A stretch of 64,000 nt of DNA from NCBI GenBank assembly GCA_030611385.1, contig JAUWPV010000003.1, positions 18,996 through 82,995 of the forward strand, written 5' to 3'. Shown one piece after another: positions 42,230-51,573 of the stretch (positions are counted from its first letter, which is position 1; every line of letters starts with the position of its first letter). Source of the DNA: Bacillota bacterium (GTDB lineage: Bacteria; Bacillota; Dethiobacteria; DTU022). The notes beneath the pieces were generated by a model. The model searched no databases. It had not been told where the DNA came from and saw only the letters and a list, made by a program, of their open reading frames with translations. Position numbers and translations under genes: made by a program.

Positions 42230-43372
42230 ATGCCATTTGAATTAATCAGCGGCAGCCAGGCTGTAGCAATCGCTGTTCAGCGTGTCGGAGTTGATTTGGT
42301 GGCAGCGTATCCGATTACCCCGCAAACAGCAATTGTTGAAACCTTAGCCAGTATTGATGCAAAAGGAGAACTCGGTGGTGAGTTTGTCAGCGTGGAATCT
42401 GAATATGCAGCACTGGCTTTCTGTAAGGGAGCGGCAGCAGCCGGCGCCAGGGTTTTTACGGCAACCTCTTCACACGGCCTGGCCTATATGCATGAAATGA
42501 TCCACTGGTGCAGTGGGGCCCGTTTGCCAATTGTAATGGTCAATGTGAATCGTGCAATCGGTGCACCGTGGTGTCTTGATCCGGATCAGGGCGACAGTCT
42601 GAGCCAGCGTGATACCGGCTGGCTGCAGATCTATTGTTCAAGCGCCCAGGAAGTATTTGACACGGTTCTGCAGGCCTTTGCCCTCAGTGAGGAACTGCTT
42701 TTACCCAGCATGGTCATCTATGATGGATTTTATATATCGCACACCTATGAAGCGGTAGATGTACCGGAAAAGCAGATAGTCAGACGCTTTATCGGACCGC
42801 CTGTCTTTCCGGCCCAGGTTAAACCAGGTTCATTGGGAAACCTGCACGGCCTCACAACCAGCGAAACACAATTGGGTTTGATCAGAAGACGGCATGAGGA
42901 TATGCTGAGAGCGCCGGCACTATTTGATCAAATCAATGACCGTTTTGCACAAATATTCGGACGAAGATATAAGGTGATCGATTCGGTCATCCCACCGGGT
43001 TCCAAAACGGTGATTTTAACTGTGGGCGCTACCGCCGAAACGGTCCGGTGGTGTTTGCCGAAACTAAAAGATATCGGATTGATTCAGCTGCGGATGTTCC
43101 GTCCTTTCCCGGCCGAACGACTAGGCAGTTTACTGAAGGCTCATGAAGTGGAAAGAGTTGTAGTAATTGATCGCAACTGCTCTGTGGGCATGGGTGGGAT
43201 TTTTGCCCAGGAACTGAGAGCGGCAATTTACGGAATGACCAATCCTCCGGCAGTGGACGACTTGATTTTGGCTGGTGGTGTCGATTTGACGGTAAAAATG
43301 TTAGAAAATATGCTCGACTCAAGATCAGCGGAAAGCCGGGTTGGGCAAAAGTGGGGGACTGATTTACAGTGA
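42230..43372 (+). CDS. 2-oxoacid:ferredoxin oxidoreductase alpha subunit
   Basis: AYPITPQT, VESE, ATSSHG, VNRA and FRPFP. ATG 42230 follows AAGGAGG. Confidence 0.93.
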   Translation: MPFELISGSQAVAIAVQRVGVDLVAAYPITPQTAIVETLASIDAKGELGGEFVSVESEYAALAFCKGAAAAGARVFTATSSHGLAYMHEMIHWCSGARLPIVMVNVNRAIGAPWCLDPDQGDSLSQRDTGWLQIYCSSAQEVFDTVLQAFALSEELLLPSMVIYDGFYISHTYEAVDVPEKQIVRRFIGPPVFPAQVKPGSLGNLHGLTTSETQLGLIRRRHEDMLRAPALFDQINDRFAQIFGRRYKVIDSVIPPGSKTVILTVGATAETVRWCLPKLKDIGLIQLRMFRPFPAERLGSLLKAHEVERVVVIDRNCSVGMGGIFAQELRAAIYGMTNPPAVDDLILAGGVDLTVKMLENMLDSRSAESRVGQKWGTDLQ

Positions 43373-44262
43373 AAATTGATGAACTGAACCGCGAATCGGA
43401 GATGATTTATTCGGGACACAATGCCTGTCCCGGCTGCGGCGCGGCCCTGGCAGTCCGTTACCTTACCAGGGCTCTCGGAACTAACCTGGCCGTGGTTTTA
43501 ACGGCATCCTGCTGGAGTATTATCGCCGGGATGCCCCCGTTTACAGCGTTAAAATGCCCTGTATTGCACTGTCCATTTCCCAGTGCCGGTTCGGTAGGCA
43601 GCGGGCTGAAAAGGGGCCTTAACGCTAAAGGTTTGCAAGATACGACAGTGATTGTCCTGGCCGGGGATGGCGGTACCTTTGATATTGGTTTGCAGTCATT
43701 GTCCGGTGCGGCTCAGCGCAATGAAGACTATATTTTTGTCTGCTATGACAATGAAGCTTATATGAATACAGGGATGCAGTCCAGTTCGGCCACACCATAT
43801 GGAGCTCTGACCAATACTGCCCCTTATCCGCTCTTCAAAGAGGGGCAGAAGAAAGATATTATGCAAATTATGGCAGCGCATGGTATCCCTTATGCCGCTA
43901 CGGCAACAGTTGCTTTTCCGGAAGATATGGAGGAGAAACTAAAAAAAGCCAAAGAAATCAGCGGATTTCGGTTTATCCATATTCTTTCGCCCTGTCCTCC
44001 TGGTTGGGGAACAGAGTCTTCCGACACCATTCACCTGTCAAGACTGGCTGTTGCAACGGGATTTTTCCCTCTTTATGAAGTCAGAAACGGCGTCAACTGG
44101 AAAATGACCGTTCCAACCGACGAGAAAAGGATTCCCTTGAACGATTACCTCAGTGGGCAGCGCCGCTTTAAAAAAATGGATGAACCCCGCAGGCAGATTT
44201 TGCAGAAAGAAATTGATCGAGACTGGGAAAGTTTAATGAAAAGGGTAAACAATAGTAAGTAA
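43369..44262 (+). CDS. 2-oxoacid:ferredoxin oxidoreductase beta (TPP-binding) subunit
   Basis: GHNACPGCG, GDGGTFDIG, YDNEAYMNTG.Q and SPCPPGW. Confidence 0.93.
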   Translation: MKIDELNRESEMIYSGHNACPGCGAALAVRYLTRALGTNLAVVLTASCWSIIAGMPPFTALKCPVLHCPFPSAGSVGSGLKRGLNAKGLQDTTVIVLAGDGGTFDIGLQSLSGAAQRNEDYIFVCYDNEAYMNTGMQSSSATPYGALTNTAPYPLFKEGQKKDIMQIMAAHGIPYAATATVAFPEDMEEKLKKAKEISGFRFIHILSPCPPGWGTESSDTIHLSRLAVATGFFPLYEVRNGVNWKMTVPTDEKRIPLNDYLSGQRRFKKMDEPRRQILQKEIDRDWESLMKRVNNSK

Positions 44263-44305
44263 GGAAAAATAAAATTTAGAATTATAATAAATCTTATAAA
44301 CGGCA

Positions 44306-44334
44306 GCAGGAATTTACCGCAACGAGCAGAAAAT
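44306..44334 (+). promoter_or_regulatory. Sigma-H-like promoter of the fumarase operon
   Basis: GCAGGA-N17-GAAAAT. Confidence 0.45.
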
Positions 44335-44386
44335 TTTAAGTAGTGTTAATGAATGCTATTTAAGATTATCAGGGAGGTGTCGTGTT

Positions 44387-45232
44387 TTGCGGGAGCTTGC
44401 AGCGTCAGTTATTTCTGACCATGTGGCCGAGATGTGCCAGAGAGCAAACATTTATCTCGGGGAAGATGTTTTTAAAGCATTGAAAGATTCCCTGGAGAGT
44501 GAAGAATCACCAACTGGCAAAGAGGTGTTGAAACAGTTAATTGAAAATGTTGAAATTGCCCGGAATGAGCAAATCCCCATCTGTCAGGATACGGGATTTG
44601 CTGTTTTTTTTGTAGAATGGGGTCAGGAGGTCCATCTAAACGACGGTACTCTGGAAGAAGCAATCAATGCCGGAGTGCGCCGGGGCTATGAAGAGGGCTA
44701 CCTGCGTAAATCAATTGTTGATGATCCTCTGTATAAGCGCAAAAACACCGGTGACAATACCCCGGCGGTCATCTATACCGATATTGTACCCGGTGATAAA
44801 GTGAAGATCTCTTTTGCCCCCAAGGGCGGAGGGAGCGAAAACATGAGTGCCGTGAAGATGTTAAAGCCTTCTGACGGCGAAGCAGGGGTAATCGATTTTG
44901 TGGTAAACCATGTTAAAGCAGCCGGACCGAACCCCTGCCCTCCGATTGTGGTCGGAATCGGCATCGGGGGAACTTTTGACAAGGTAGCAGTTCTGGCAAA
45001 GAAAGCGCTGTTCCGCCCGGTTGGGGAGACCCATCCAGACAGTGTATTTGCCGCGCTGGAAAAGATAATCCTCAATAAAATCAACGATTTGGGTGTCGGA
45101 CCACAGGGTTTCGGCGGACGTACTTTCGCCCTTGCGGTCCATATTGAAACATTTCCTTCCCATATTGCCAGCATGGCAGCGGCGGTTAATATTAACTGTC
45201 ACGCTTGCCGGCACCTGGAAAGAATTATTTAG
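44387..45232 (+). CDS. Class I (Fe-S) fumarate hydratase, alpha subunit
   Basis: PICQDTG, LRKS, NTGDNTP, PKGGGSEN, NPCPP and NCHA.R. Confidence 0.92.
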   Translation: MRELAASVISDHVAEMCQRANIYLGEDVFKALKDSLESEESPTGKEVLKQLIENVEIARNEQIPICQDTGFAVFFVEWGQEVHLNDGTLEEAINAGVRRGYEEGYLRKSIVDDPLYKRKNTGDNTPAVIYTDIVPGDKVKISFAPKGGGSENMSAVKMLKPSDGEAGVIDFVVNHVKAAGPNPCPPIVVGIGIGGTFDKVAVLAKKALFRPVGETHPDSVFAALEKIILNKINDLGVGPQGFGGRTFALAVHIETFPSHIASMAAAVNINCHACRHLERII

Positions 45233-45262
45233 ATCTATTTGAAAGAAAGGAGGCAAGTTATA

Positions 45263-45814
45263 GTGGAACCAAAAAGAATTCAGGCTCCCCTGACTGATGA
45301 GGTAATGATATCGTTGAAATCAGGAGATAATGTCCTGATCAGCGGAGTTATTTACACAGCCCGGGATGCGGCCCATAAAAAACTGGTTGAACTGATGGAT
45401 AAAGGAGAATCTTTGCCGATAGACCTTAATGGACAAATTATCTATTATGTCGGTCCGACCCCCGCCAAGCCGGGTCAGGCGATTGGATCGGCAGGCCCGA
45501 CCACCAGCGGCCGAATGGATGCTTATACACTGCGTATGCTTGAAAAAGGCATGAAAGCATGTATCGGTAAAGGTTTACGCAGTCAGGCCGTAAAAGATGC
45601 TCTGCAGAAACACAAAGGCGTTTACCTGGCAGCAGTAGGCGGCGCCGGAGCCCTTTTATCAAAGAAAATCAAGAAAAGCGAGGTTGTCGCTTACCCTGAA
45701 CTCGGTCCTGAGGCGATTCGCCGCCTCGAGGTCGAAGATTTCCCGGCAACGGTAATCAACGACACTTGCGGCAATGATCTTTACGAAGAAGGCGCCAAAA
45801 AATACGCTCGTTAG
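45263..45814 (+). CDS. Class I fumarate hydratase, beta subunit
   Basis: ARDAAH, GPTTSGRM, IGKG and ELGPEA. GTG 45263 follows AGGAGG. Confidence 0.92.
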   Translation: MEPKRIQAPLTDEVMISLKSGDNVLISGVIYTARDAAHKKLVELMDKGESLPIDLNGQIIYYVGPTPAKPGQAIGSAGPTTSGRMDAYTLRMLEKGMKACIGKGLRSQAVKDALQKHKGVYLAAVGGAGALLSKKIKKSEVVAYPELGPEAIRRLEVEDFPATVINDTCGNDLYEEGAKKYAR

Positions 45815-45875
45815 TCCAATTTATAATTTATTTGAATATGAAAGATCTAAAAATATAGAAAGTAGGGAATAGATT

Positions 45876-47216
45876 ATGATTATGAATAAAGAAGAATTAC
45901 TGGCCAAGGCGAAAAAACCGGCCGAAGATGCCATGCGTCTGCACCCGTTTTACAAGGGTAAAATAGAAGTTAATCTGAAAAGCTGTGTACGTGATATTGG
46001 CGATTTTGCGATCTGGTATACTCCGGGTGTCGCCGAGCCATGCAAGGCGATCGCCGCGAACAAAGCAGACGTCTATAAATACACTAATAAAGGAAATTTC
46101 CTGGCCGTGGTTTCCGACGGAACAAGAGTTTTGGGCTTAGGCGACATCGGAGCGGAAGCGAGCATACCGGTAATGGAAGGAAAAGCGCTGCTCTTTAAAT
46201 ATCTGGGTGGAGTCGATGCCTTTCCCATATGCGTCGATACAAAAGATGCCGAAGAATTTATTAAATTTGTCAAGCTGCTGCAGCCCTGTTTCGGCGGCAT
46301 CAATCTGGAAGACATTGAAAGCCCGAAGTGCTTCTATATCCTTGACCGCCTTAAGAAAGAATGCCATATCCCGGTCTGGCACGACGACCAGCAGGGAACA
46401 GCTACGGTCACCCTGGCCGGATTAATTAACGCGTTAAAAATAGTTAATAAGAAAATCAGAGATTCGAAAATCGTCATGATTGGCGTCGGAGCGGCCAATA
46501 CCTGTACCATTCGCCTGCTGATTACCGCCGGGGTGGATTCGAAAAAAGTAATCATGGTCGATAGTAAAGGTACGCTCCACAAAGGGCGCACCGATCTGAA
46601 AGAACAGCACCCGGTCAAGTGGGAACTGGCCCAGATCACTAATGGTGAAGAACTGGTCGGTGGTGCGGCCGAAGCCTGTAAGGGCGCTGATGTCTTAATC
46701 GCTCTATCAAAACCGGGACCCGATACGGTTAAAAAAGAATGGATCTCCAGTATGGCCAAGGATGCCATCGTTTTTGCCTGCGCCAACCCGATTCCGGAAA
46801 TCTGGCCCTGGGAAGCGCAGGAAGCGGGAGCAAAAATTGTCTCCACCGGCCGCTCAGATTTTCCAAACCAGGTTAACAATTCGCTCGGTTTTCCGGCAAT
46901 TTTCAGAGGTGTTTTGGATGTTCAGGCATCAACTATATCAGATACAATGTGTATTGCCGCAGCCGAGGAATTGGCCGCTTGTGCACCCGATGACGGAATG
47001 AACCCTGAGAAAATTTTGCCGACAATGGATATGTGGGAAGTATTTCCACGCGTGGCTACGGCAACGGCAATGAAAGCAATTGAAGAAGGATTGGCTAAAA
47101 TTATACTGAGCCGCGACGAGATCTACAAAAAAGCCGAAGAAACGATCAAACGCGCCCAGGATCAAACTAAAGCGGCGATGGAACAGGGCTTTATTCCAAT
47201 GCCGCCTGCCGAGTAG
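45876..47216 (+). CDS. NAD(P)-dependent malic enzyme
   Basis: WYTPGVAEPC, DGTRVLGLGDIG, PVMEGK, INLEDI, HDDQQGT and TGRSDFPNQVNN. Confidence 0.94.
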   Translation: MIMNKEELLAKAKKPAEDAMRLHPFYKGKIEVNLKSCVRDIGDFAIWYTPGVAEPCKAIAANKADVYKYTNKGNFLAVVSDGTRVLGLGDIGAEASIPVMEGKALLFKYLGGVDAFPICVDTKDAEEFIKFVKLLQPCFGGINLEDIESPKCFYILDRLKKECHIPVWHDDQQGTATVTLAGLINALKIVNKKIRDSKIVMIGVGAANTCTIRLLITAGVDSKKVIMVDSKGTLHKGRTDLKEQHPVKWELAQITNGEELVGGAAEACKGADVLIALSKPGPDTVKKEWISSMAKDAIVFACANPIPEIWPWEAQEAGAKIVSTGRSDFPNQVNNSLGFPAIFRGVLDVQASTISDTMCIAAAEELAACAPDDGMNPEKILPTMDMWEVFPRVATATAMKAIEEGLAKIILSRDEIYKKAEETIKRAQDQTKAAMEQGFIPMPPAE

Positions 47217-47230
47217 ATCAGGAGGATAAT

Positions 47231-47914
47231 ATGAGTGACACAATAGCGATGGTTGACATATTTATCATGGGTAAGCGCTACACAGTGCCGGAAACACTGA
47301 CGATCATGAATGCTATGGAGTATGCCGGTTACCAGCTTAAACGCGGCTGCGGCTGTCGGGCCGGTTTTTGCGGCGCCTGTGCCACGGTCTATAGAATAGC
47401 CGGCGATTACGAGTTGAAGGTCGGCCTGGCCTGCCAGACCAAGGTTGAAGACGGCATGTATCTTGCCCAGATACCATTTTTCCCAGGAAGAAAAGCATAC
47501 TACGATCTCGAAGAGATCAAGCCTTCGGTAGCTCATTTCGCTCAACTTTATCCGGAAGTCTACCGCTGTTTGGGCTGCAGCTCTTGTACAAAAGTATGTC
47601 CTCAGGATATTGATGTTATGCAGTATATCGCCTATATCCAGCGCGGCGATTTTGCAAAAGCTGCCGATATTTCGTTTGACTGCCTGATGTGTGGGCTCTG
47701 CGTTTCACGATGCCCGGTCAATATAGTTCACTACAATGCAGCCCTGACTGCCCGACGTCTTTACAGCCGTTACATTGCCAGGCCTGACGCCTTTCTTGCC
47801 GAGAGAACCAGGGCGATCGAAGAGGGCAAGTTTGATGCGGAAATTGGTGTTCTGGTTTCGGCAAATCAGGAGAAACTGCAGAAACTTTACGATAATCGTG
47901 AAATTGAAAAGTAG
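47231..47914 (+). CDS. Fumarate reductase/succinate dehydrogenase-like iron-sulfur subunit (one 2Fe-2S, two 4Fe-4S)
   Basis: GCRAGFCGAC..LACQ, CLGCSSCTKVCP and CLMCGLCVSRCP. Confidence 0.85.
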   Translation: MSDTIAMVDIFIMGKRYTVPETLTIMNAMEYAGYQLKRGCGCRAGFCGACATVYRIAGDYELKVGLACQTKVEDGMYLAQIPFFPGRKAYYDLEEIKPSVAHFAQLYPEVYRCLGCSSCTKVCPQDIDVMQYIAYIQRGDFAKAADISFDCLMCGLCVSRCPVNIVHYNAALTARRLYSRYIARPDAFLAERTRAIEEGKFDAEIGVLVSANQEKLQKLYDNREIEK

Positions 47915-47938
47915 ATCCGGAGAGGAGGAGTAAATAAA

Positions 47939-49543
47939 TTGGCTTATACACCGCGGTTAAAAGAATTAATGAAAAAAGTAGAAGAGAGCAGGGCCTCCCG
48001 GGTTGGCATAAACTACCCCCGAATGTCTCCAGATGAGCGGCGTGCTGTTCTGCAAAAATTTCACCCTGATTTTATCGAGGACGGATTTCGCAAAATTAAA
48101 GTCGGCGTCAATAAAGGGGCCCGTTTACCTTATGAAATGGCCGATGTTTTTGAGGCGTGGAGCCGTCTGCGTGACGTTAAACTGGATCTTCAGGCGAAAC
48201 CTGCTTATGATGTCGATATCCTGATAATCGGAGGCGGTGGGGCCGGGGCTTCGGCGGCACTCGAAGCTACTGCAGCCGGGGCCAATGTGATGATCGCCAC
48301 CAAACTGCGTTTTGGCGATGCCAATACAATGATGGCGCAGGGTGGCATTCAGGCTGCTGACAAAGAGAATGACACTCCGGCAATCCATTATCTCGATGTG
48401 GTCGGCGGCGGTCGTTTTGAAAATGTGCCTGAACTGGCTCGTGCTCTGGTCATGGATGCTCCGCTGGTTATAAAATGGCTGGAAGCCATGGGCACCATGT
48501 TTGATAAAAAAGAAGACGGTACGATGATTACGATCCACGGAGGCGGCACCTCAAGGAAACGGATGCACGCTGCCCGTGACTATACCGGTGCCGAAATAAT
48601 GCGCACCCTGCGTGACGAAGTTCTAAATAAGGGTATCACAGTGGTTGAATTCTCACCGGCGGTTGAGGTGATCCTCGATGATCAGGGCTGCGCTGCCGGA
48701 GCAGTTCTTTATAACCTTGAAACCGAGCAATACCTGATTGCCAGGGCCAAGACAGTGATTTTGGCGACCGGTGGATCGGGAAGGCTCCATTACCGAGGTT
48801 TCCCAACCAGTAACCATTACGGAGCTACTGCCGATGGACTGGTTATTGGTTACCGGGCCGGGGCGAAGACGATCTATGCCGATTCAATCCAGTATCACCC
48901 GACCGGTGGGGCGTACCCGCCTCAGCTGCTTGGTCTTTTAGTGACGGAAAAAACCCGTGCTTTAGGGGCTACACCGCTCAATATAAATGGTGAACAGTTT
49001 GTCTATCATCTGGAAACACGGGATGTCGAGTCCTCTGCGATTATCTGTGAGTGTGCGGAGCGCAAACTGGGAGTACCCCTGCCAACTGGTATTACTGCGG
49101 TTTGGTTGGACTCGCCGCTGATTGAACTCACGCACGGTGAAGGAACAATCGAGCGTCAACTGCCCGCCATGCTTCGCCAGTTTCATCGATTCGACGTTGA
49201 TATCCGCAAGGAACCGATGTTGATCTACCCGACACTACACTACCAAAACGGTGGCCTGCTGATTGATGAAAACGGGCTCAGTAACGTGGAGAATCTCTAT
49301 GTGGCCGGGGAAACAGCCGGCGGAATTCACGGTACCAATCGACTGATGGGTAATTCACTGCTCGATATTATCGTTTTTGGACGGCGGGCCGGCAGGGATG
49401 CTGCGGCGAAGAGTAAAGAGATGCCGGTTCCGGAAGGTCTCAACCTGGGCCATGTAGATTCTTACCACCGGGAGCTTGAAGAAACCGGTGCGGCGGACGG
49501 GCGGGTGAGCCCAATCTTACTGCCGCACTATACCCACCGGTAA
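47939..49543 (+). CDS. Fumarate reductase/succinate dehydrogenase flavoprotein (TfrA-like)
   Basis: IGGGGAG, AQGG, LATGG, QYHPT, LVTE..R, TRD, HYQNGG and HGTNRLMGNSL. Confidence 0.88.
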   Translation: MAYTPRLKELMKKVEESRASRVGINYPRMSPDERRAVLQKFHPDFIEDGFRKIKVGVNKGARLPYEMADVFEAWSRLRDVKLDLQAKPAYDVDILIIGGGGAGASAALEATAAGANVMIATKLRFGDANTMMAQGGIQAADKENDTPAIHYLDVVGGGRFENVPELARALVMDAPLVIKWLEAMGTMFDKKEDGTMITIHGGGTSRKRMHAARDYTGAEIMRTLRDEVLNKGITVVEFSPAVEVILDDQGCAAGAVLYNLETEQYLIARAKTVILATGGSGRLHYRGFPTSNHYGATADGLVIGYRAGAKTIYADSIQYHPTGGAYPPQLLGLLVTEKTRALGATPLNINGEQFVYHLETRDVESSAIICECAERKLGVPLPTGITAVWLDSPLIELTHGEGTIERQLPAMLRQFHRFDVDIRKEPMLIYPTLHYQNGGLLIDENGLSNVENLYVAGETAGGIHGTNRLMGNSLLDIIVFGRRAGRDAAAKSKEMPVPEGLNLGHVDSYHRELEETGAADGRVSPILLPHYTHR

Positions 49544-50754
49544 TGGCCGATTTAAAGGGCAATGTGCGCCTTCCTCTGAACAGCCTGAAAGTTATTGACC
49601 TGACCCGGTTATTACCAGGACCGCTCTGTACAATGATGCTGGGTGATTATGGCGCTGAGATTGTAAAAGTTGAAGATGTTGATGCCGGCGATCCGACCCG
49701 TTTCGTCGGCCGCTTTTTTGAAGGTAGTGGTTCTTTTTTTCGTCAGCTCAATCGCAACAAAAAAAGCCTGGCTCTGAACTTAAAAACCGCGGAAGGTCGG
49801 GAAATCATCAGGAAACTGGCCGTTAAAGCCGACGTTCTGGTCGAAGGTTTCAGACCGGGGGTAATGGATCGGCTCGGGCTTGGTTATGAGGAAATCAGTA
49901 AAGTGAATAACCGCCTGGTTTATGCAGCAATCAGCGGTTATGGGCAGGAAGGGCCTTACCGGGAAAGGGCCGGCCATGATATCAACTATACGGCAATTGC
50001 CGGCCTGCTTGACCTTAGCGCCGCTAACTCCGGTTCTCCAATTATGCCGGCGGTGCAAATTGCCGATATTGCCGGTGGTTCGTTGATGGCTTTAAGCGGC
50101 ATCATGTTCGCCTTATTTGGGAGACAGCAGAGCGGTAAAGGCAGTTTTGTCGATATATCCATGAACCGGGGGCTATTGCCGTGGCTGACTTATGCAGCAT
50201 CAACAATCGGCAGCGATGAAAATATTCCGCGTCGCGGTTCCGGACATATTACCGGCGCTTATGCCTGCTACAATATCTATGAGACTGCTGATGGAAAACA
50301 GATGAGCCTTGGAGCGCTCGAACCCGTTTTCTGGCAGCGTTTCTGTGAAACTGTCGGCAAAACGCAGTGGATGCCACTGCAGTTTGAACAGGAAAGACAG
50401 ACAGAACTGATTAAAGGGGTTGAACTGATATTTAAAGAGAAATCCAGGCAGCAATGGGAGAAACTTTTCGCAAAGGTGGATGCATGCTGTGAGCCGGTTC
50501 TCGATTTACACGAGGCGATCGATCATCCAATCAGCAGGGACGGGAACTATTGGATTGCCTCCCCGGTTGCCGGCGGAAAAACCGAGAAAATGACGGGCTT
50601 CCCACTGCTTTTCACTGGATCCCCCGGTGAACTACGCCTGCCCCCCCCGCGTCACGGCGAACACACGACAGAGATTCTTCAATCAATCGGTTACGATCAT
50701 GAGACCATTACCGGACTGATCGGCAGAGGTATAATCAAGACCGGCAGCAGGTAG
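49543..50754 (+). CDS. Family III CoA-transferase / alpha-methylacyl-CoA racemase-like protein
   Basis: DLTRLLPGP, LNRNKKS, EGFRPGV..RLGLGY, GHDINY, ADIAGG and GALEP.F. Confidence 0.88.
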   Translation: MADLKGNVRLPLNSLKVIDLTRLLPGPLCTMMLGDYGAEIVKVEDVDAGDPTRFVGRFFEGSGSFFRQLNRNKKSLALNLKTAEGREIIRKLAVKADVLVEGFRPGVMDRLGLGYEEISKVNNRLVYAAISGYGQEGPYRERAGHDINYTAIAGLLDLSAANSGSPIMPAVQIADIAGGSLMALSGIMFALFGRQQSGKGSFVDISMNRGLLPWLTYAASTIGSDENIPRRGSGHITGAYACYNIYETADGKQMSLGALEPVFWQRFCETVGKTQWMPLQFEQERQTELIKGVELIFKEKSRQQWEKLFAKVDACCEPVLDLHEAIDHPISRDGNYWIASPVAGGKTEKMTGFPLLFTGSPGELRLPPPRHGEHTTEILQSIGYDHETITGLIGRGIIKTGSR

Positions 50755-50800
50755 TATTATTTAGGCTTTACCGGAAAAACTGTCCGATCTATAATTAACT

Positions 50801-51448
50801 ATGCCGAAGCTAACAATCGCAGAAGAGAAAAAGGCAAGAGTAGGACTGATTTTAGAAATATTAGCACTGCACTATCCGCAGGCGCAAACAAGCCTTACAT
50901 TTGATAATCCGTATCAACTTTTTGTCGCTGCGATCCTGTCTGCACAGACTACAGATGAACAGGTCAATAGGATTACAACCCGGTTATTCGCTGCTATACC
51001 TTCAGTTTATGTGATGTCTCATTTGGAACCTGCAGAACTTGAACCTTACCTGAAAAGAGGCGGCCTCTACCGCCATAAAAGCCGGTATTTAGTCGAAGCA
51101 AGCCGGATAATTGTTGATCGGTACAACGGGCAAATTCCTGATAATTTCGCTGAACTGATCACACTGCCCGGAATCGGCCGTAAAACCGCAAACGTTATCA
51201 TCAGCAGCGCGTTCGGAAAACCAGCCCTGGCCGTTGATACACATGTATTTCGGGTTTCCAGAAGGTTGGGCCTGGCCGACGGCGAAAAAGTAGAAGTTGT
51301 TGAGAAACAGCTTAATAACGTTATACCAAAAGATCAATGGAGTAATGTTCATCATCGCTTGATCAATCATGGTCGAAATTTATGTCACGCCCGTAATCCG
51401 CAATGTAAAAGCTGTTTTCTGGAGAATATTTGCCGGACTCCTCTGTGA
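50801..51448 (+). CDS. nth: Endonuclease III
   Basis: LSAQTTD, LPGIGRKTANV, AVDTHV.RV and C-X6-C-X2-C-X5-C. Confidence 0.94.
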   Translation: MPKLTIAEEKKARVGLILEILALHYPQAQTSLTFDNPYQLFVAAILSAQTTDEQVNRITTRLFAAIPSVYVMSHLEPAELEPYLKRGGLYRHKSRYLVEASRIIVDRYNGQIPDNFAELITLPGIGRKTANVIISSAFGKPALAVDTHVFRVSRRLGLADGEKVEVVEKQLNNVIPKDQWSNVHHRLINHGRNLCHARNPQCKSCFLENICRTPL

Positions 51449-51500
51449 TCTGATTGTTGCATTGTACCACAAAGCAAGTTTCAAAAAAAGTAATATTTGC

Positions 51501-51528
51501 AAAAGGATCTGACAACGAAATAATAGAA
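51501..51528 (+). promoter_or_regulatory. Sigma-H-like promoter upstream of dnaE
   Basis: AAAGGA-N18-GAAT. Confidence 0.45.
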
Positions 51529-51573
51529 TTTAATTTGTAACTACTCACCCTGTTTTATTAAAAGGAATCGAGG

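Noticed and set aside
50641-50648. C8 homopolymer as a phase-variation tract (also T10-A8 at 10829-10846)
   Set aside because: The C run is in frame and encodes the usual PPP before the CoA-transferase GEH motif. The A/T run is the T-box terminator tail.
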